The translations under genes were made by a program, and so were the position numbers. A stretch of DNA of 64,000 nucleotides, taken from the NCBI GenBank assembly GCA_041737385.1, contig JBGSRU010000002.1, positions 461,437-525,436 on the forward strand, given 5' to 3'. How positions within the stretch are numbered: position 1 is the stretch's first letter; each line of letters begins with the position of its first letter. The notes beneath the pieces are model-generated. The model saw only the letters and a list, made by a program, of their open reading frames with translations, searched no databases and was not told the DNA's origin. Below are positions 35,359-44,415 of this stretch, one piece after another. Source of the DNA: Candidatus Saccharimonadales bacterium. GTDB lineage: Bacteria; Patescibacteriota; Saccharimonadia; Saccharimonadales; SZUA-47.

Positions 35359-37338
35359 CTATTTCCAAACTTGAAAATCTTTAGTTAGCTTCTTAGCTAT
35401 GTCGTTGTCAGCGAAAAAACTCACTCCGTAAAATTCAGTATCATCAAAAGACTTACTCTTTAATGATTCTACTATCTCGTTGTCATTAGTAGTATCCTGC
35501 ATCTCTTTAATAAAAACGTGATGTGTAAGGTTATTTTCAGTTATTTTTTTATACAACTTATGTAGTGACTTTTCGTCTCCTTTCATTATTATGATAGGAA
35601 ATTGAGAATTACGAGGTATAGCATCACCCCGAGAGTCAATGAAATTATCCGCACTAGTTAGCTGGTGTTCGTCAGTTTTGCTGCCTATGATTGTTTGCAT
35701 ATGAGCGACTGCATTAGCAACTCGCCAAGGCTCTAAATCTTTTCGTACTACATTGATGATTCGCTTTGAAAAGTCTTGCTCTCTAATAGTTTGAGCTGCT
35801 TTTATAGCCTCTGCTGAAAAAAGTTCAGGATAAATAGACTTCGTAACTTCATCTACGTCAGATCTTAGTTGTGGAAAAACAACTCCTTCTCTAGCAGTGA
35901 CACCTTCTAACATCCAGAAAAGACGCTCACTGTTCCCATAACCACAAGCAGGAGGCATCCCGTATTCAAGCATCTCAACAAAATCTATATCCATCATCAT
36001 CGCTTCTTCGTCGCCCGCTTCGCGCATACTTTGTTGGTCCACAAAACGACTAAGTTGGTCAACCGGATCATTGAGCTCACTGTATGCTTTGCAGACCTCA
36101 CTACCGCCAAGCATCAAGTTGAATTGATCAGTTAAGCGATTATCATCTTGCTGTAACTTTGCTAGAGGCTGTAGAAAATCCGGAACATCGATGAGGAAAG
36201 TTGGGCCAGTAATTTTCACCCTTTCAAGTTTCCATAATTTATCTATAACACGCGACCGGTTCTCTATTTTCTCTACAATACCGCCGGCTTCTTTAAGTTT
36301 TTTGACCGCTTCATCTAGAGTGCAAGTATATACATCTATTCCATACTTTTCTTTAAGTAGCTCGACAAAACTCACTCTTGGCCAGTCTTCGTTATCTGTG
36401 CCTAAGTCAATCTCCATGCCGTTGGCTAGCTTAAATTGACGAGTTCCCCATGTCATGTCAGCTATATGGCGTACCATCGATTGAGTAAGTTTCATGCCGT
36501 CTTCCCAGTCTGCATAAGCCCAATACCACTCCATAGCAATATGCTCCGGCAGATGCTCGTCCGAATAATTTTCGTTTCTAAATCGTGGGCCTAGATCATA
36601 GACTTTTTCAAAGCCTGCTCCAATTAGTCGCTTTAATGGCAGCTCATGACTAATGCGTAAGTAGAAATCTTGATCAAGTGCGTCCATATGCGTCACAAAC
36701 GGGTTAGCATCAGCGCCGCCAGTTGTGTGCTCCAGAACTGGTATATTCACTTCAAGAAAGCCTTCGTTGTTCAAAAAATCACGTGTTGCCTGCCAAAACT
36801 TGCTGCGTCGAACGAATCTATCACGAACATCAATATTGACATTCATATCAACATAGCGTCGGCGAAGGCGCTGCTCTTTATCAGTAAACCCTTCTTGAGC
36901 TGATGGCATTGGACGCAAGGACTTGGTGAGTAATCTAAGTTTCATGCAACTAACAGATATCTCACCTGTCTGAGTCTTGATAACCTGACCATTGCACTGC
37001 ACAAAATCCCCTGTATCTAACAGTGCAATTTCTTCTGGCATGAGTAGCTCACTATTACTACGATCAGCTTCTAGTGATCCTTCACCTTTTTTAATAAAAA
37101 GCTGTACTTGTCCGCTCATATCGCGCATAACAATAAACGCTAACTTGCCGAACTTACGTATCGACATAATACGACCGACAATAGTGACCTCTTGGCCTTC
37201 TAAGTGTTCAAACCCTTCAACTACATCAGCAATAGAATGCGTGCGTTGTGATTTCGCTGGGTATGGGTTTATACCAAGCTCTTTTAGCTCAGCTAGTTTG
37301 CGTAATCGCTCGTCTCGAAAATCTTTTAACGTTGCCAT
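35359..37338 (-). CDS. lysS: lysyl-tRNA synthetase (class II) fused to a C-terminal DUF2000-like domain
   Basis: MATLKDFRDERLRKLAELKELGINPYP, OB-fold anticodon-binding domain and class II core (GPRFRNE, GGADANPF, GYGNSERL). The last ~135 aa (35362-35766) are extra: KRIINVVRKDLEPWRVANAVAHM...FPIIIMKGDEKSL...FYGVSFFADNDIAKKLTKDFQVWK. Confidence 0.9.
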   Translation of the reverse strand: MATLKDFRDERLRKLAELKELGINPYPAKSQRTHSIADVVEGFEHLEGQEVTIVGRIMSIRKFGKLAFIVMRDMSGQVQLFIKKGEGSLEADRSNSELLMPEEIALLDTGDFVQCNGQVIKTQTGEISVSCMKLRLLTKSLRPMPSAQEGFTDKEQRLRRRYVDMNVNIDVRDRFVRRSKFWQATRDFLNNEGFLEVNIPVLEHTTGGADANPFVTHMDALDQDFYLRISHELPLKRLIGAGFEKVYDLGPRFRNENYSDEHLPEHIAMEWYWAYADWEDGMKLTQSMVRHIADMTWGTRQFKLANGMEIDLGTDNEDWPRVSFVELLKEKYGIDVYTCTLDEAVKKLKEAGGIVEKIENRSRVIDKLWKLERVKITGPTFLIDVPDFLQPLAKLQQDDNRLTDQFNLMLGGSEVCKAYSELNDPVDQLSRFVDQQSMREAGDEEAMMMDIDFVEMLEYGMPPACGYGNSERLFWMLEGVTAREGVVFPQLRSDVDEVTKSIYPELFSAEAIKAAQTIREQDFSKRIINVVRKDLEPWRVANAVAHMQTIIGSKTDEHQLTSADNFIDSRGDAIPRNSQFPIIIMKGDEKSLHKLYKKITENNLTHHVFIKEMQDTTNDNEIVESLKSKSFDDTEFYGVSFFADNDIAKKLTKDFQVWK

Positions 37339-37345
37339 ATAAATA

Positions 37346-37378
37346 ACAGTTTACAGTAAATAGGATACAGTTTACAGT
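37346..37378. promoter_or_regulatory. two 12-nt direct repeats immediately upstream of lysS
   Basis: acagtttacagt at 37346-37357 and 37367-37378 (21-nt phasing). On the minus strand this reads ACTGTAAACTGT twice, i.e. four ACTGT pentamers, ending 8 nt before the lysS ATG. Confidence 0.35.
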
Positions 37379-37385
37379 GTCAGCT

Positions 37386-37844
37386 TCAAGAAATGTTTGT
37401 GATCTTATATGAAGTTGTTTCTGCTGGGGTTTTGATTTCTACTTCTTCTCCCAGTTTTTTACCTAGAAGCGCCATACCAATCGGCGATTCATCCGAAATT
37501 TTACCGTCCATTGGATCAGCTTGCACTGAGCCGACAATAGTAAACTTCTTTTCACCTTTTGCGTTTTTGAGCACAACAGTGTTACCGAGCTCAATGATAT
37601 CTTTTTTCTTCGGAGCAGAAATCACCTCTGCGTTTTTCAGAATATGTTCTATCTCGCCTATCCTAGTTTCTGCGCGGTCCTGATCTTGTTTGGCTGAACT
37701 ATATTCTGCATTTTCTGAAAGATCGCCAAACTCTCTTGCTGTTTTAATTCGATCTGCAACTACGCCTCGATTATCAATTAGAGCTTTTATTTCTGCCTCA
37801 AGTTCAGCAACACCGTCACTCGTCAGTTTAAACTGTTTCTTCAT
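37386..37844 (-). CDS. greA: transcription elongation factor GreA
   Basis: 152 aa with an N-terminal coiled coil carrying acidic tip residues (REFGDLSENAEYSSAKQDQ) and a C-terminal globular domain. Confidence 0.9.
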   Translation of the reverse strand: MKKQFKLTSDGVAELEAEIKALIDNRGVVADRIKTAREFGDLSENAEYSSAKQDQDRAETRIGEIEHILKNAEVISAPKKKDIIELGNTVVLKNAKGEKKFTIVGSVQADPMDGKISDESPIGMALLGKKLGEEVEIKTPAETTSYKITNIS

Positions 37845-37956
37845 CTTACATTCCTTCGATTTATCTTAAAAAATTATCTATTCAAACGTTTCAGTCTAAG
37901 TCCGTATGCTTAGAGACTATAACAAACGCTAAGTGCTTCTGACAAGGTAATTTTAA

Positions 37957-39204
37957 TCACATTTTTGTTTGAATGTGGGTAACTATTTCACTCAGTGAAA
38001 CAATCTCTGATTCACCGTCAATTCTATTTGTTACCTCAGCTGAGTTACTCTCGAGTGTTCTACTGCTCAGTACGACTCTATACGGGATTCCCATAAGTTC
38101 AGCGTCGGCGAATTTGCTCCCTGGGCGCTCATCTCTGTCATCATACAAAACACTAACACCTGCATTTTGTAATTCTACATACAAATCTTCTGCTTGTTCT
38201 GCTACGTCTCCTATCGTGACGAGATAGACTATATAGGGCGCTGTATTAATAGGCCAAATAAGCCCTTTTTTGTCTGAAAACTTTTCTGCTAACACTCCCA
38301 TCACTCTCGTTATGCCAATCCCATATGAGCCAAGATGCACGTACTGTTTCTCGCCGGTAGCATTAGTAAAGCTAAAATCCATCTCCTCGCTTTTCTGCGT
38401 CCCAAAGTTGAATATATTTCCAACTTCTGCAGTTGTTACTTTTTCTAGTTCATCACGGGATACGCCCATTTCAGCTAGTGTATCGTCATCCATGACTTCT
38501 TCATTCACTGCGATACCTTTTTCTCTATTAAAATAGATAACATCTTCACCTGCTTCACATATAGTTTGGAATTCGTGTGAGAACTTCGTAAATGCACCAC
38601 CGTCCGCAAATGTGACATAAGTGTCATCTCCTAGACCTAAACGGTCAAACACCCGCTTGTAGGCTTCTATGCACGACTGATAGAACTTTTCGTGTTGCTC
38701 CGCGTCAACGCTGCAGGAATACATATCCTTCATAACAAATTCGCGGCCTCGCATGATGCCACTCTTTGAGCGTAGCTCATTACGGAACTTGGTCTGAAAC
38801 TGATATACATGCTGCGGGAGGTCCTTATAGCTCGTGATGTGAGACTTCATCATCTCGATAATAGCTTCTTCGTGTGACCACGCTAGGCCAAGTTCTGACT
38901 CATCTTTTAATTTTGTCTTAAACCAAACATCAACAACTTCATCGCTCCATCTCCCTGTTCCTAGCCAAGTTTCTGGTCTCTGCAGAGCAGACATAATGAG
39001 TTCCTTACCAGCAATTGCATTCATTTCTTCGCGAACAATCTGCTTGATATTTTCAATGACACGTATTCCAAGTGGCGTATATGCATACACTCCTGCCATG
39101 ACCTTATGAACAAAGCCAGCTCTTATAAGTAGTTGAGCGTTCTTTGCTACCTCGTCACTTGGTGCATCTTTCTGCGTTTTTATAAACAGTTGTGATCTTT
39201 TCAT
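37957..39204 (-). CDS. proS: prolyl-tRNA synthetase, short form without INS editing domain
   Basis: N-terminus MKRSQLFIKTQKDAPSDEVAKNAQLLIRAGFVHKVMAGVYAYTPLG and motif 2 FRNELRSKSGIMRGREF. Only 415 aa, leaving no room for the ~180-aa insertion found in most bacterial ProRS. Confidence 0.88.
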   Translation of the reverse strand: MKRSQLFIKTQKDAPSDEVAKNAQLLIRAGFVHKVMAGVYAYTPLGIRVIENIKQIVREEMNAIAGKELIMSALQRPETWLGTGRWSDEVVDVWFKTKLKDESELGLAWSHEEAIIEMMKSHITSYKDLPQHVYQFQTKFRNELRSKSGIMRGREFVMKDMYSCSVDAEQHEKFYQSCIEAYKRVFDRLGLGDDTYVTFADGGAFTKFSHEFQTICEAGEDVIYFNREKGIAVNEEVMDDDTLAEMGVSRDELEKVTTAEVGNIFNFGTQKSEEMDFSFTNATGEKQYVHLGSYGIGITRVMGVLAEKFSDKKGLIWPINTAPYIVYLVTIGDVAEQAEDLYVELQNAGVSVLYDDRDERPGSKFADAELMGIPYRVVLSSRTLESNSAEVTNRIDGESEIVSLSEIVTHIQTKM

Positions 39205-39336
39205 CTAAACTTTCCCCTTATAACCTAATAAATAAAATATAGTGTAGCCTCAATTTATACCCACGTGGGCATGAAAGAATATATAGGATATAAGGTTGTC
39301 TGTGTCATATTAGATAGTATTGTACAGGAGGCTTAT

Positions 39337-40122
39337 TCACCGTACAAACACGACATAAAATGCAATCGAGTTTTTGATTGCATGAAGCAGCATTGCACTG
39401 TAGAGCGATTGATGTTTTTGGGAGATATAAATCAGAAATCCTGAGAATATAAGCGTATCAATTGCCGCTATATAATTAAGATTGTCATATTCTAGGTGGG
39501 CTGCTCCAAACAAAACCGAAGTCAACACTGCAGCAGTGATAAACGAACCGTATTTTTTAAGCGCATTGAATAAGAACCCGCGGAACAGAATCTCTTCATA
39601 GATTGGCGGCACGACAGCGAGCATGAAAAATATAATCAGTTTGCCGTCAATTGTATCCGGTTTCGTGATACCAAGTTCTTGGACTTGATCAACATTCACT
39701 CCAGTAAAGATTCCTAAAGTCACTGTTACGACAACCAATACAAGGAAATAAAGCCCGTAAGTTAGCACTACTTCACCTACTTGAGACCACGTTGGACGCT
39801 TTGATAATAATAAAAACTTCTTAGGAGATTCTTTACTTAGTTGGAGAATTTTTATTACAAAAAAAGACACAAACGCTGCAACAAGAAGAATCAATAATAG
39901 CTGGGCAATACGATTATCACCGATGATTTCTGCGGTTTGTTCTCTCTCGTTCCCTAAAATAGTCAACGACAAGATAATTGTGAGCGCAGCTATAAACTGA
40001 CTACTATAAAAGACAAAAGCACTAGTAAATAAAGTAATTGCGAGAGCAATTGGGTTTGTCTTTGTCGGTTCAGCTGCGACGATATGTTGTTTAGTTGATA
40101 ATGAATCTTTGGACATCGACAA
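39337..40122 (-). CDS. CPBP family intramembrane glutamic endopeptidase (CAAX protease-like)
   Basis: Motifs IYEEILFRGFLF (EExxxR), FGAAHL and LHAIKNS in a multi-pass membrane protein. Confidence 0.8.
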   Translation of the reverse strand: MSMSKDSLSTKQHIVAAEPTKTNPIALAITLFTSAFVFYSSQFIAALTIILSLTILGNEREQTAEIIGDNRIAQLLLILLVAAFVSFFVIKILQLSKESPKKFLLLSKRPTWSQVGEVVLTYGLYFLVLVVVTVTLGIFTGVNVDQVQELGITKPDTIDGKLIIFFMLAVVPPIYEEILFRGFLFNALKKYGSFITAAVLTSVLFGAAHLEYDNLNYIAAIDTLIFSGFLIYISQKHQSLYSAMLLHAIKNSIAFYVVFVR

Positions 40123-41233
40123 TAGTTATAAGTACGAAAAGCAGCATCAACAGCGCAAAGCCTGTGCCGTGAATTCGTTCTTCTGTTTCTTTGGTTAGTG
40201 GTCGTTTAAGTGCTCTGAAAAGTAGTGTCACAAACAATCTACCACCATCTAATGCTGGTATCGGCAATATGTTCATGATAGCTAATGATAGAGAGATAAT
40301 ACCAGTGAGAAACAATATAGATATAAATCCTTGTGAGCTCAATTCGCTCAAAATATAGCCGATGCCAACGACACCAGTAACTTGTTCTTTTGCAGTTGAG
40401 GCGTCACCTTTAGACAAATCCTTAAAAATCGAGCCGAAGCTCTTGAATGTTTCTTGCACTACTTGACCAGAAAAAACAGTCGCTACAATAGGCGCTGACC
40501 ATGTTGATCGTGTTTCTGAATAATCCGACGGCACAACTCCAAGGTAGCCTTTTGGATCGTCTGAGTTCTTGCTTGCTTCAACTTCTTCTGTTCCGAGGAG
40601 TTTTGTTTCTGCAATCTTAGTTTCACCGTTTCTTTTTTCATAAGAAATTGTTACTTCTTTTCCTGCTAATGATTTTGTCGCTACAGAGAGTTGGCTTGAT
40701 TCTGTGAAAGAAAATAAATCGCAATCAGCAACACAATCAGATTTTTGTTCGATAGAACGAATAATATCGCCAGCTTCCACCCCTGCTTGTTCTGCAGGCG
40801 AGCCTTCACCAACAAAGCCTGCAATAATATACTGTTTCGAGATTTTGGTATCGCTTGCGACGGTAAATTGATTGTCCAGTACTTTTGGTAGTCCAACTGC
40901 AGCAACAATCGTTAAAATAAACAGCGCCGCAAATATATTCATGATGACGCCGGCCACCATGACTTTTATTTTGTCAGATAGTTTTGCAGCACCAAACGAG
41001 CCTTTTTCAGTCGCACTGTCACTCTCACCTTTAAGCTTCACAAACCCACCAAGCGGTAGCCAGTTTAAGGTATATTCCGTGCCATTTTTCTTAGCAATTG
41101 TTTTAGCTTTTGGTGGAAATCCTATACCAAACTCTTCAACTTCAATGCCAGCTCGACGAGCAGCCCAAAAATGCCCTAGCTCGTGAAAAATCACCAACCC
41201 GATTAGCATCAAAATTCCAAGAAGTATAAGCAT
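40091..41233 (-). CDS. rseP: RIP metalloprotease RseP (M50 site-2 protease)
   Basis: HELGHF zinc motif in TM1, central PDZ (GVEAGDIIRSIE) and C-terminal NILPIPALDGG. Confidence 0.87.
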   Translation of the reverse strand: MLILLGILMLIGLVIFHELGHFWAARRAGIEVEEFGIGFPPKAKTIAKKNGTEYTLNWLPLGGFVKLKGESDSATEKGSFGAAKLSDKIKVMVAGVIMNIFAALFILTIVAAVGLPKVLDNQFTVASDTKISKQYIIAGFVGEGSPAEQAGVEAGDIIRSIEQKSDCVADCDLFSFTESSQLSVATKSLAGKEVTISYEKRNGETKIAETKLLGTEEVEASKNSDDPKGYLGVVPSDYSETRSTWSAPIVATVFSGQVVQETFKSFGSIFKDLSKGDASTAKEQVTGVVGIGYILSELSSQGFISILFLTGIISLSLAIMNILPIPALDGGRLFVTLLFRALKRPLTKETEERIHGTGFALLMLLFVLITIVDVQRFIIN

Positions 41234-41267
41234 TAGTACTAGTATACCTTTTCTATCTAGACTTCTT

Positions 41268-41831
41268 CTAGACTTTTAGAATTTCTTGTTCTTTAGCCTT
41301 TGCAGTTGATTCAATGTCATCTTTACAGGCGTTTACTTTGTCGTCAGCTTCTTTTTCAAGTCGGCTAGCTTCATCTTCGCCTATCGTTTTATCCTTTTTG
41401 GCTTTAGCAATAGTGTCCATGGCGTCGTGTCGTGCTTTTCTCATAGCGACGAATGCGTCTTCCTTTTTCTCGCCCAGCTGCTTAACGATCTGTAAGCGTC
41501 GTTCTTCAGTCAACGGTGGTACCTGAATACGGACAATTCGTCCGTCATCAACTGGGTTGAAGCCGAGTGACTCGTTCGCTCTAATCGCTTGCGAAATCGC
41601 GGCAACATTAGACGGATCGAACGCAGAAATTTGTATCAACTGTGGTTCTGGCGTCGTTATAGTCGCAAGTTGCACGAGGGGCGTCTGCACACCGTAAGCC
41701 TCTGCTGTCAATGATTCAACCATACTTGGATGCGCACGACCGGTGCGTAGTTTTTTTAGTTCTTCTTCAAAATGATTTTTAACATTTGCCAAGCTACTAC
41801 TTAGTTCCTGCTTCATTGTTGGATCACTCAT
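41268..41831 (-). CDS. frr: ribosome recycling factor
   Basis: 187 aa. The LRTGRAHPSMVESL...ISAFDPSN...NPVDDGRIVRIQVPPLTEERR pattern is canonical for Frr. Confidence 0.93.
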   Translation of the reverse strand: MSDPTMKQELSSSLANVKNHFEEELKKLRTGRAHPSMVESLTAEAYGVQTPLVQLATITTPEPQLIQISAFDPSNVAAISQAIRANESLGFNPVDDGRIVRIQVPPLTEERRLQIVKQLGEKKEDAFVAMRKARHDAMDTIAKAKKDKTIGEDEASRLEKEADDKVNACKDDIESTAKAKEQEILKV

Positions 41832-41883
41832 GTAATTATCTCCAGTTATCTAGTCTTATTGTATCAGCATTGATTCGGCAGTT

Positions 41884-42480
41884 TTACACGACTTCGCCAA
41901 GCTGAATTCGGTTGAACTTACGCACGACGATATTCTCGCCAAGCTGTGCGTTAGCCTCTTTTACAATATCACCGACTGTTTGATCTGGATTCTTGATGAA
42001 CGGCTGGCTCAACAAACATAGCTCTGCGAAGTATTTTTTGAGCATGCCATCAACGATGTTTTCTATCATGTTTTCTGGTTTGCCATCAGCACTAGCTTTC
42101 CCAGAGAATTCTGTGCGTTTTTCACTGCGTATTTCTTCTGGAATGCTTTCATCTGATAAATATTCTGGCGCGCTCGCAGCAATATGCATTGCAACATCTT
42201 TCACGAGTTCGGTAAACTTCTCATTACGTGCGACAAAATCTGTTTCACAGTTTACTTCAACAATCACGCCGATACGGTTATCATGAACATAACTGCTGAC
42301 AATACCGTTTCGAGCTTCTCGCTCACCGCGCTTCTCAGCTTTAGTCATTCCTTTTTTGCGCATCGCTTCAAGTGCTTTATCGAAATCACCGTCTGTTTCT
42401 GTAAGCGCTGCCTTTGCGTCAGTCAGACCAACGCCAGTTAAATTCTTTAGTCTCTTTATATCTTCAATATTAAGTTTCAT
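41884..42480 (-). CDS. tsf: elongation factor Ts (short form)
   Basis: UBA-like N-terminus IKRLKNLTGVGLTDAKAALTETDGDFDKALEAMRKKG. Start placed at ATG 42480 (MKLNIEDIK), 10 nt after the rpsB stop; the track start 42594 runs into rpsB. Confidence 0.9.
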   Translation of the reverse strand: MKLNIEDIKRLKNLTGVGLTDAKAALTETDGDFDKALEAMRKKGMTKAEKRGEREARNGIVSSYVHDNRIGVIVEVNCETDFVARNEKFTELVKDVAMHIAASAPEYLSDESIPEEIRSEKRTEFSGKASADGKPENMIENIVDGMLKKYFAELCLLSQPFIKNPDQTVGDIVKEANAQLGENIVVRKFNRIQLGEVV

Positions 42481-42490
42481 AGCCGGATGC

Positions 42491-43234
42491 CTACCCTTCT
42501 TTTGCTGGTTCTGGTTTTTTAACTGGTTCGTCTGATTTACGTGCTGCTTTACCCATGACAATAGCTTGTTTGACGTAGTCACAGACAAGCTCAATCGCTT
42601 TCAGCGCGTCGTCGTTACATGGAACTGGGTACGTAATAGTTCGTGGATCTGCATTTGTATCAACGAGTCCAACAACTGGAATGTTGAGTTTAATTGCTTC
42701 GGCAACAGCGTTTTTATCGTGCAAGATGTCTACAACGAAGAGAATAGCTGGTTTTGCTGCCATATCTTTAATGCCGCCGTACATTGTGTTCATTTCTTCG
42801 ATTTCTTCTTGGAACCGTTGTACTTCGAGTTTGCTGAATTTAGCTTCAAGTTCTCCGTTAGCCATACGTTCTTCAAGTTTTTTGAGGTGCTTTACACGTC
42901 CGCCAATAGTATTTTGGTTGGTAAGCATCCCACCAAGCCATCTATTTACGACAAATGGCATGCCGGTTTCTTCAGCCAACTGGCTAATAGCGTCAAATGC
43001 TTGGCGCTTTGTTGACACAACCAGTACTTGCCCGCCGCCGGCAACTTTCTGAGTAATTGCTTCTAATGCGGTCTCGAGCATAGTAGCCGTAGAGGTTAGA
43101 TCAATAATATGCGTATCGCCACGTTTGCTATGAATATAATCTCTCATAGCTGGGTGCCAGCGACTTGTTTTGTGGCCGAAGTGTGCTCCGGCTTCTAATA
43201 GTTTTTTAGCATCAACTTCAATTTTTGAAGCCAT
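42491..43234 (-). CDS. rpsB: 30S ribosomal protein S2
   Basis: LLEAGAHFGHKTSRWHPAMRDYI and the conserved core, with the usual rpsB-tsf-frr order. Confidence 0.95.
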   Translation of the reverse strand: MASKIEVDAKKLLEAGAHFGHKTSRWHPAMRDYIHSKRGDTHIIDLTSTATMLETALEAITQKVAGGGQVLVVSTKRQAFDAISQLAEETGMPFVVNRWLGGMLTNQNTIGGRVKHLKKLEERMANGELEAKFSKLEVQRFQEEIEEMNTMYGGIKDMAAKPAILFVVDILHDKNAVAEAIKLNIPVVGLVDTNADPRTITYPVPCNDDALKAIELVCDYVKQAIVMGKAARKSDEPVKKPEPAKEG

Positions 43235-43372
43235 AGTTGCTATCCTTTCTCTTCACCGCTAGTGTACCCGCATGGACTTTTTGTTGACCTTTGGGAGGAT
43301 AAATAATTAGCAGTTGTTTAATTGTTTATACCAGTAATTATACCAGAGATGTAACTTTATGCCAACACCTTG

Positions 43373-43401
43373 TTGACTCTATAAGTAGCTTCGCGTATAA
43401 T
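43373..43401 (+). promoter_or_regulatory. consensus-like promoter of rpmE
   Basis: TTGACT (43373-43378), a 17-nt spacer, then TATAAT (43396-43401). The ATG is 12 nt downstream with no Shine-Dalgarno. Confidence 0.6.
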
Positions 43402-43413
43402 TGCAATTCAACT

Positions 43414-43752
43414 ATGAAAAAAGATATCCACCCAACCAATTATCGCCTTGTTGTGTTCGAAGACCTCAACGACGGCACCAAAATCCTTACTCGCTCAACA
43501 GTGAAGAGCGAAGAGAAGACTACATGGGAAGACGGCAACGAATACCCAGTAGTGAAAGTACATATATCAAGTAGCTCTCACCCGTTCTACACTGGTCAGG
43601 AAAAGCTAGTCGACATTGAAGGACGCGTCGACAAATTCAAGAATCGCCGTGAAGCAGCTGAAAAAGCTCGCAAAGCGAAGCAAGCGAAAGCTGCAAAACC
43701 AGCAAAAGAAGAAAAAACTGAAGAAAAAGCCGAAGCTACAAAAATCGGCTAA
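43414..43752 (+). CDS. rpmE: 50S ribosomal protein L31 (type B, no Zn-ribbon cysteines) with Lys/Ala/Glu-rich tail
   Basis: [10 protein letters not shown]...[27 protein letters not shown] is canonical L31. No CxxC motif. Confidence 0.9.
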   Translation: MKKDIHPTNYRLVVFEDLNDGTKILTRSTVKSEEKTTWEDGNEYPVVKVHISSSSHPFYTGQEKLVDIEGRVDKFKNRREAAEKARKAKQAKAAKPAKEEKTEEKAEATKIG

Positions 43753-43776
43753 TCTATCTTCTGCAAATATTAAACT

Positions 43777-43800
43777 ACCGGCCGAAAAGCCGGTTTTTTT
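43777..43800 (+). terminator. intrinsic terminator after rpmE
   Basis: accggc-cgaaaa-gccggt hairpin followed by seven T. Confidence 0.8.
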
Positions 43801-43803
43801 ATT

Positions 43804-44385
43804 CTACTTTTTTTCTATAGCTTTTGAGGCAGCAATGTACCCACCTGGTCCGCCTATAACTCCAGCAGCAACTTTAATAGTGTCTTTAGCTTTTTGTTCA
43901 GCAATGGATGCTCGACGTAATTCTTTTGATTGTCTAGCTGAGTGTTTTGCTTCTTGAGTTCGACTTGAGCTTTTTTTTCTTTGATATGCTTTAAATAAAA
44001 TATCTGCAGCAGCATCTCGTGTTTCTTGATCAGACAATAATCGTGTTTCGCCACTGGCATCAGTAGAAATTCCTTCAGCTTTCTTTAAGCCGTTAGAAGT
44101 AGCATTAATTGGACGGAGTTTGATTTCTGTATGGTCTTCTTCAATACTGCTTCCAAACCTTGCTGGCACTACGTCTTTGGTCAACATTGGCTCATCTTGA
44201 AGCTTCTCATTGACTCTATGGGGCTGAACTCCGACAATATCTCTATCACGAATTAGTCCATGAGACATTTCAACATCTTGTAAACCAAAGCTACCTATTT
44301 TACTAGCCATTCTTTCGATTTGTTGTGCCGTCTCTACGCTAGGATGCGATTCAAAAGGACTGGGTTGATGAAAATTTTCTGACAT
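43804..44385 (-). CDS. orphan hypothetical protein
   Basis: 193-aa ORF (MSENFHQPSPF...) with a basic middle and a Gly/Ala-rich hydrophobic C-terminus (VAAGVIGGPGGYIAA). It has its own consensus-like promoter. No family recognised. Confidence 0.5.
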   Translation of the reverse strand: MSENFHQPSPFESHPSVETAQQIERMASKIGSFGLQDVEMSHGLIRDRDIVGVQPHRVNEKLQDEPMLTKDVVPARFGSSIEEDHTEIKLRPINATSNGLKKAEGISTDASGETRLLSDQETRDAAADILFKAYQRKKSSSRTQEAKHSARQSKELRRASIAEQKAKDTIKVAAGVIGGPGGYIAASKAIEKK

Positions 44386-44415
44386 TACTTTTTTTTAATT
44401 TAATGCTATATCTGA

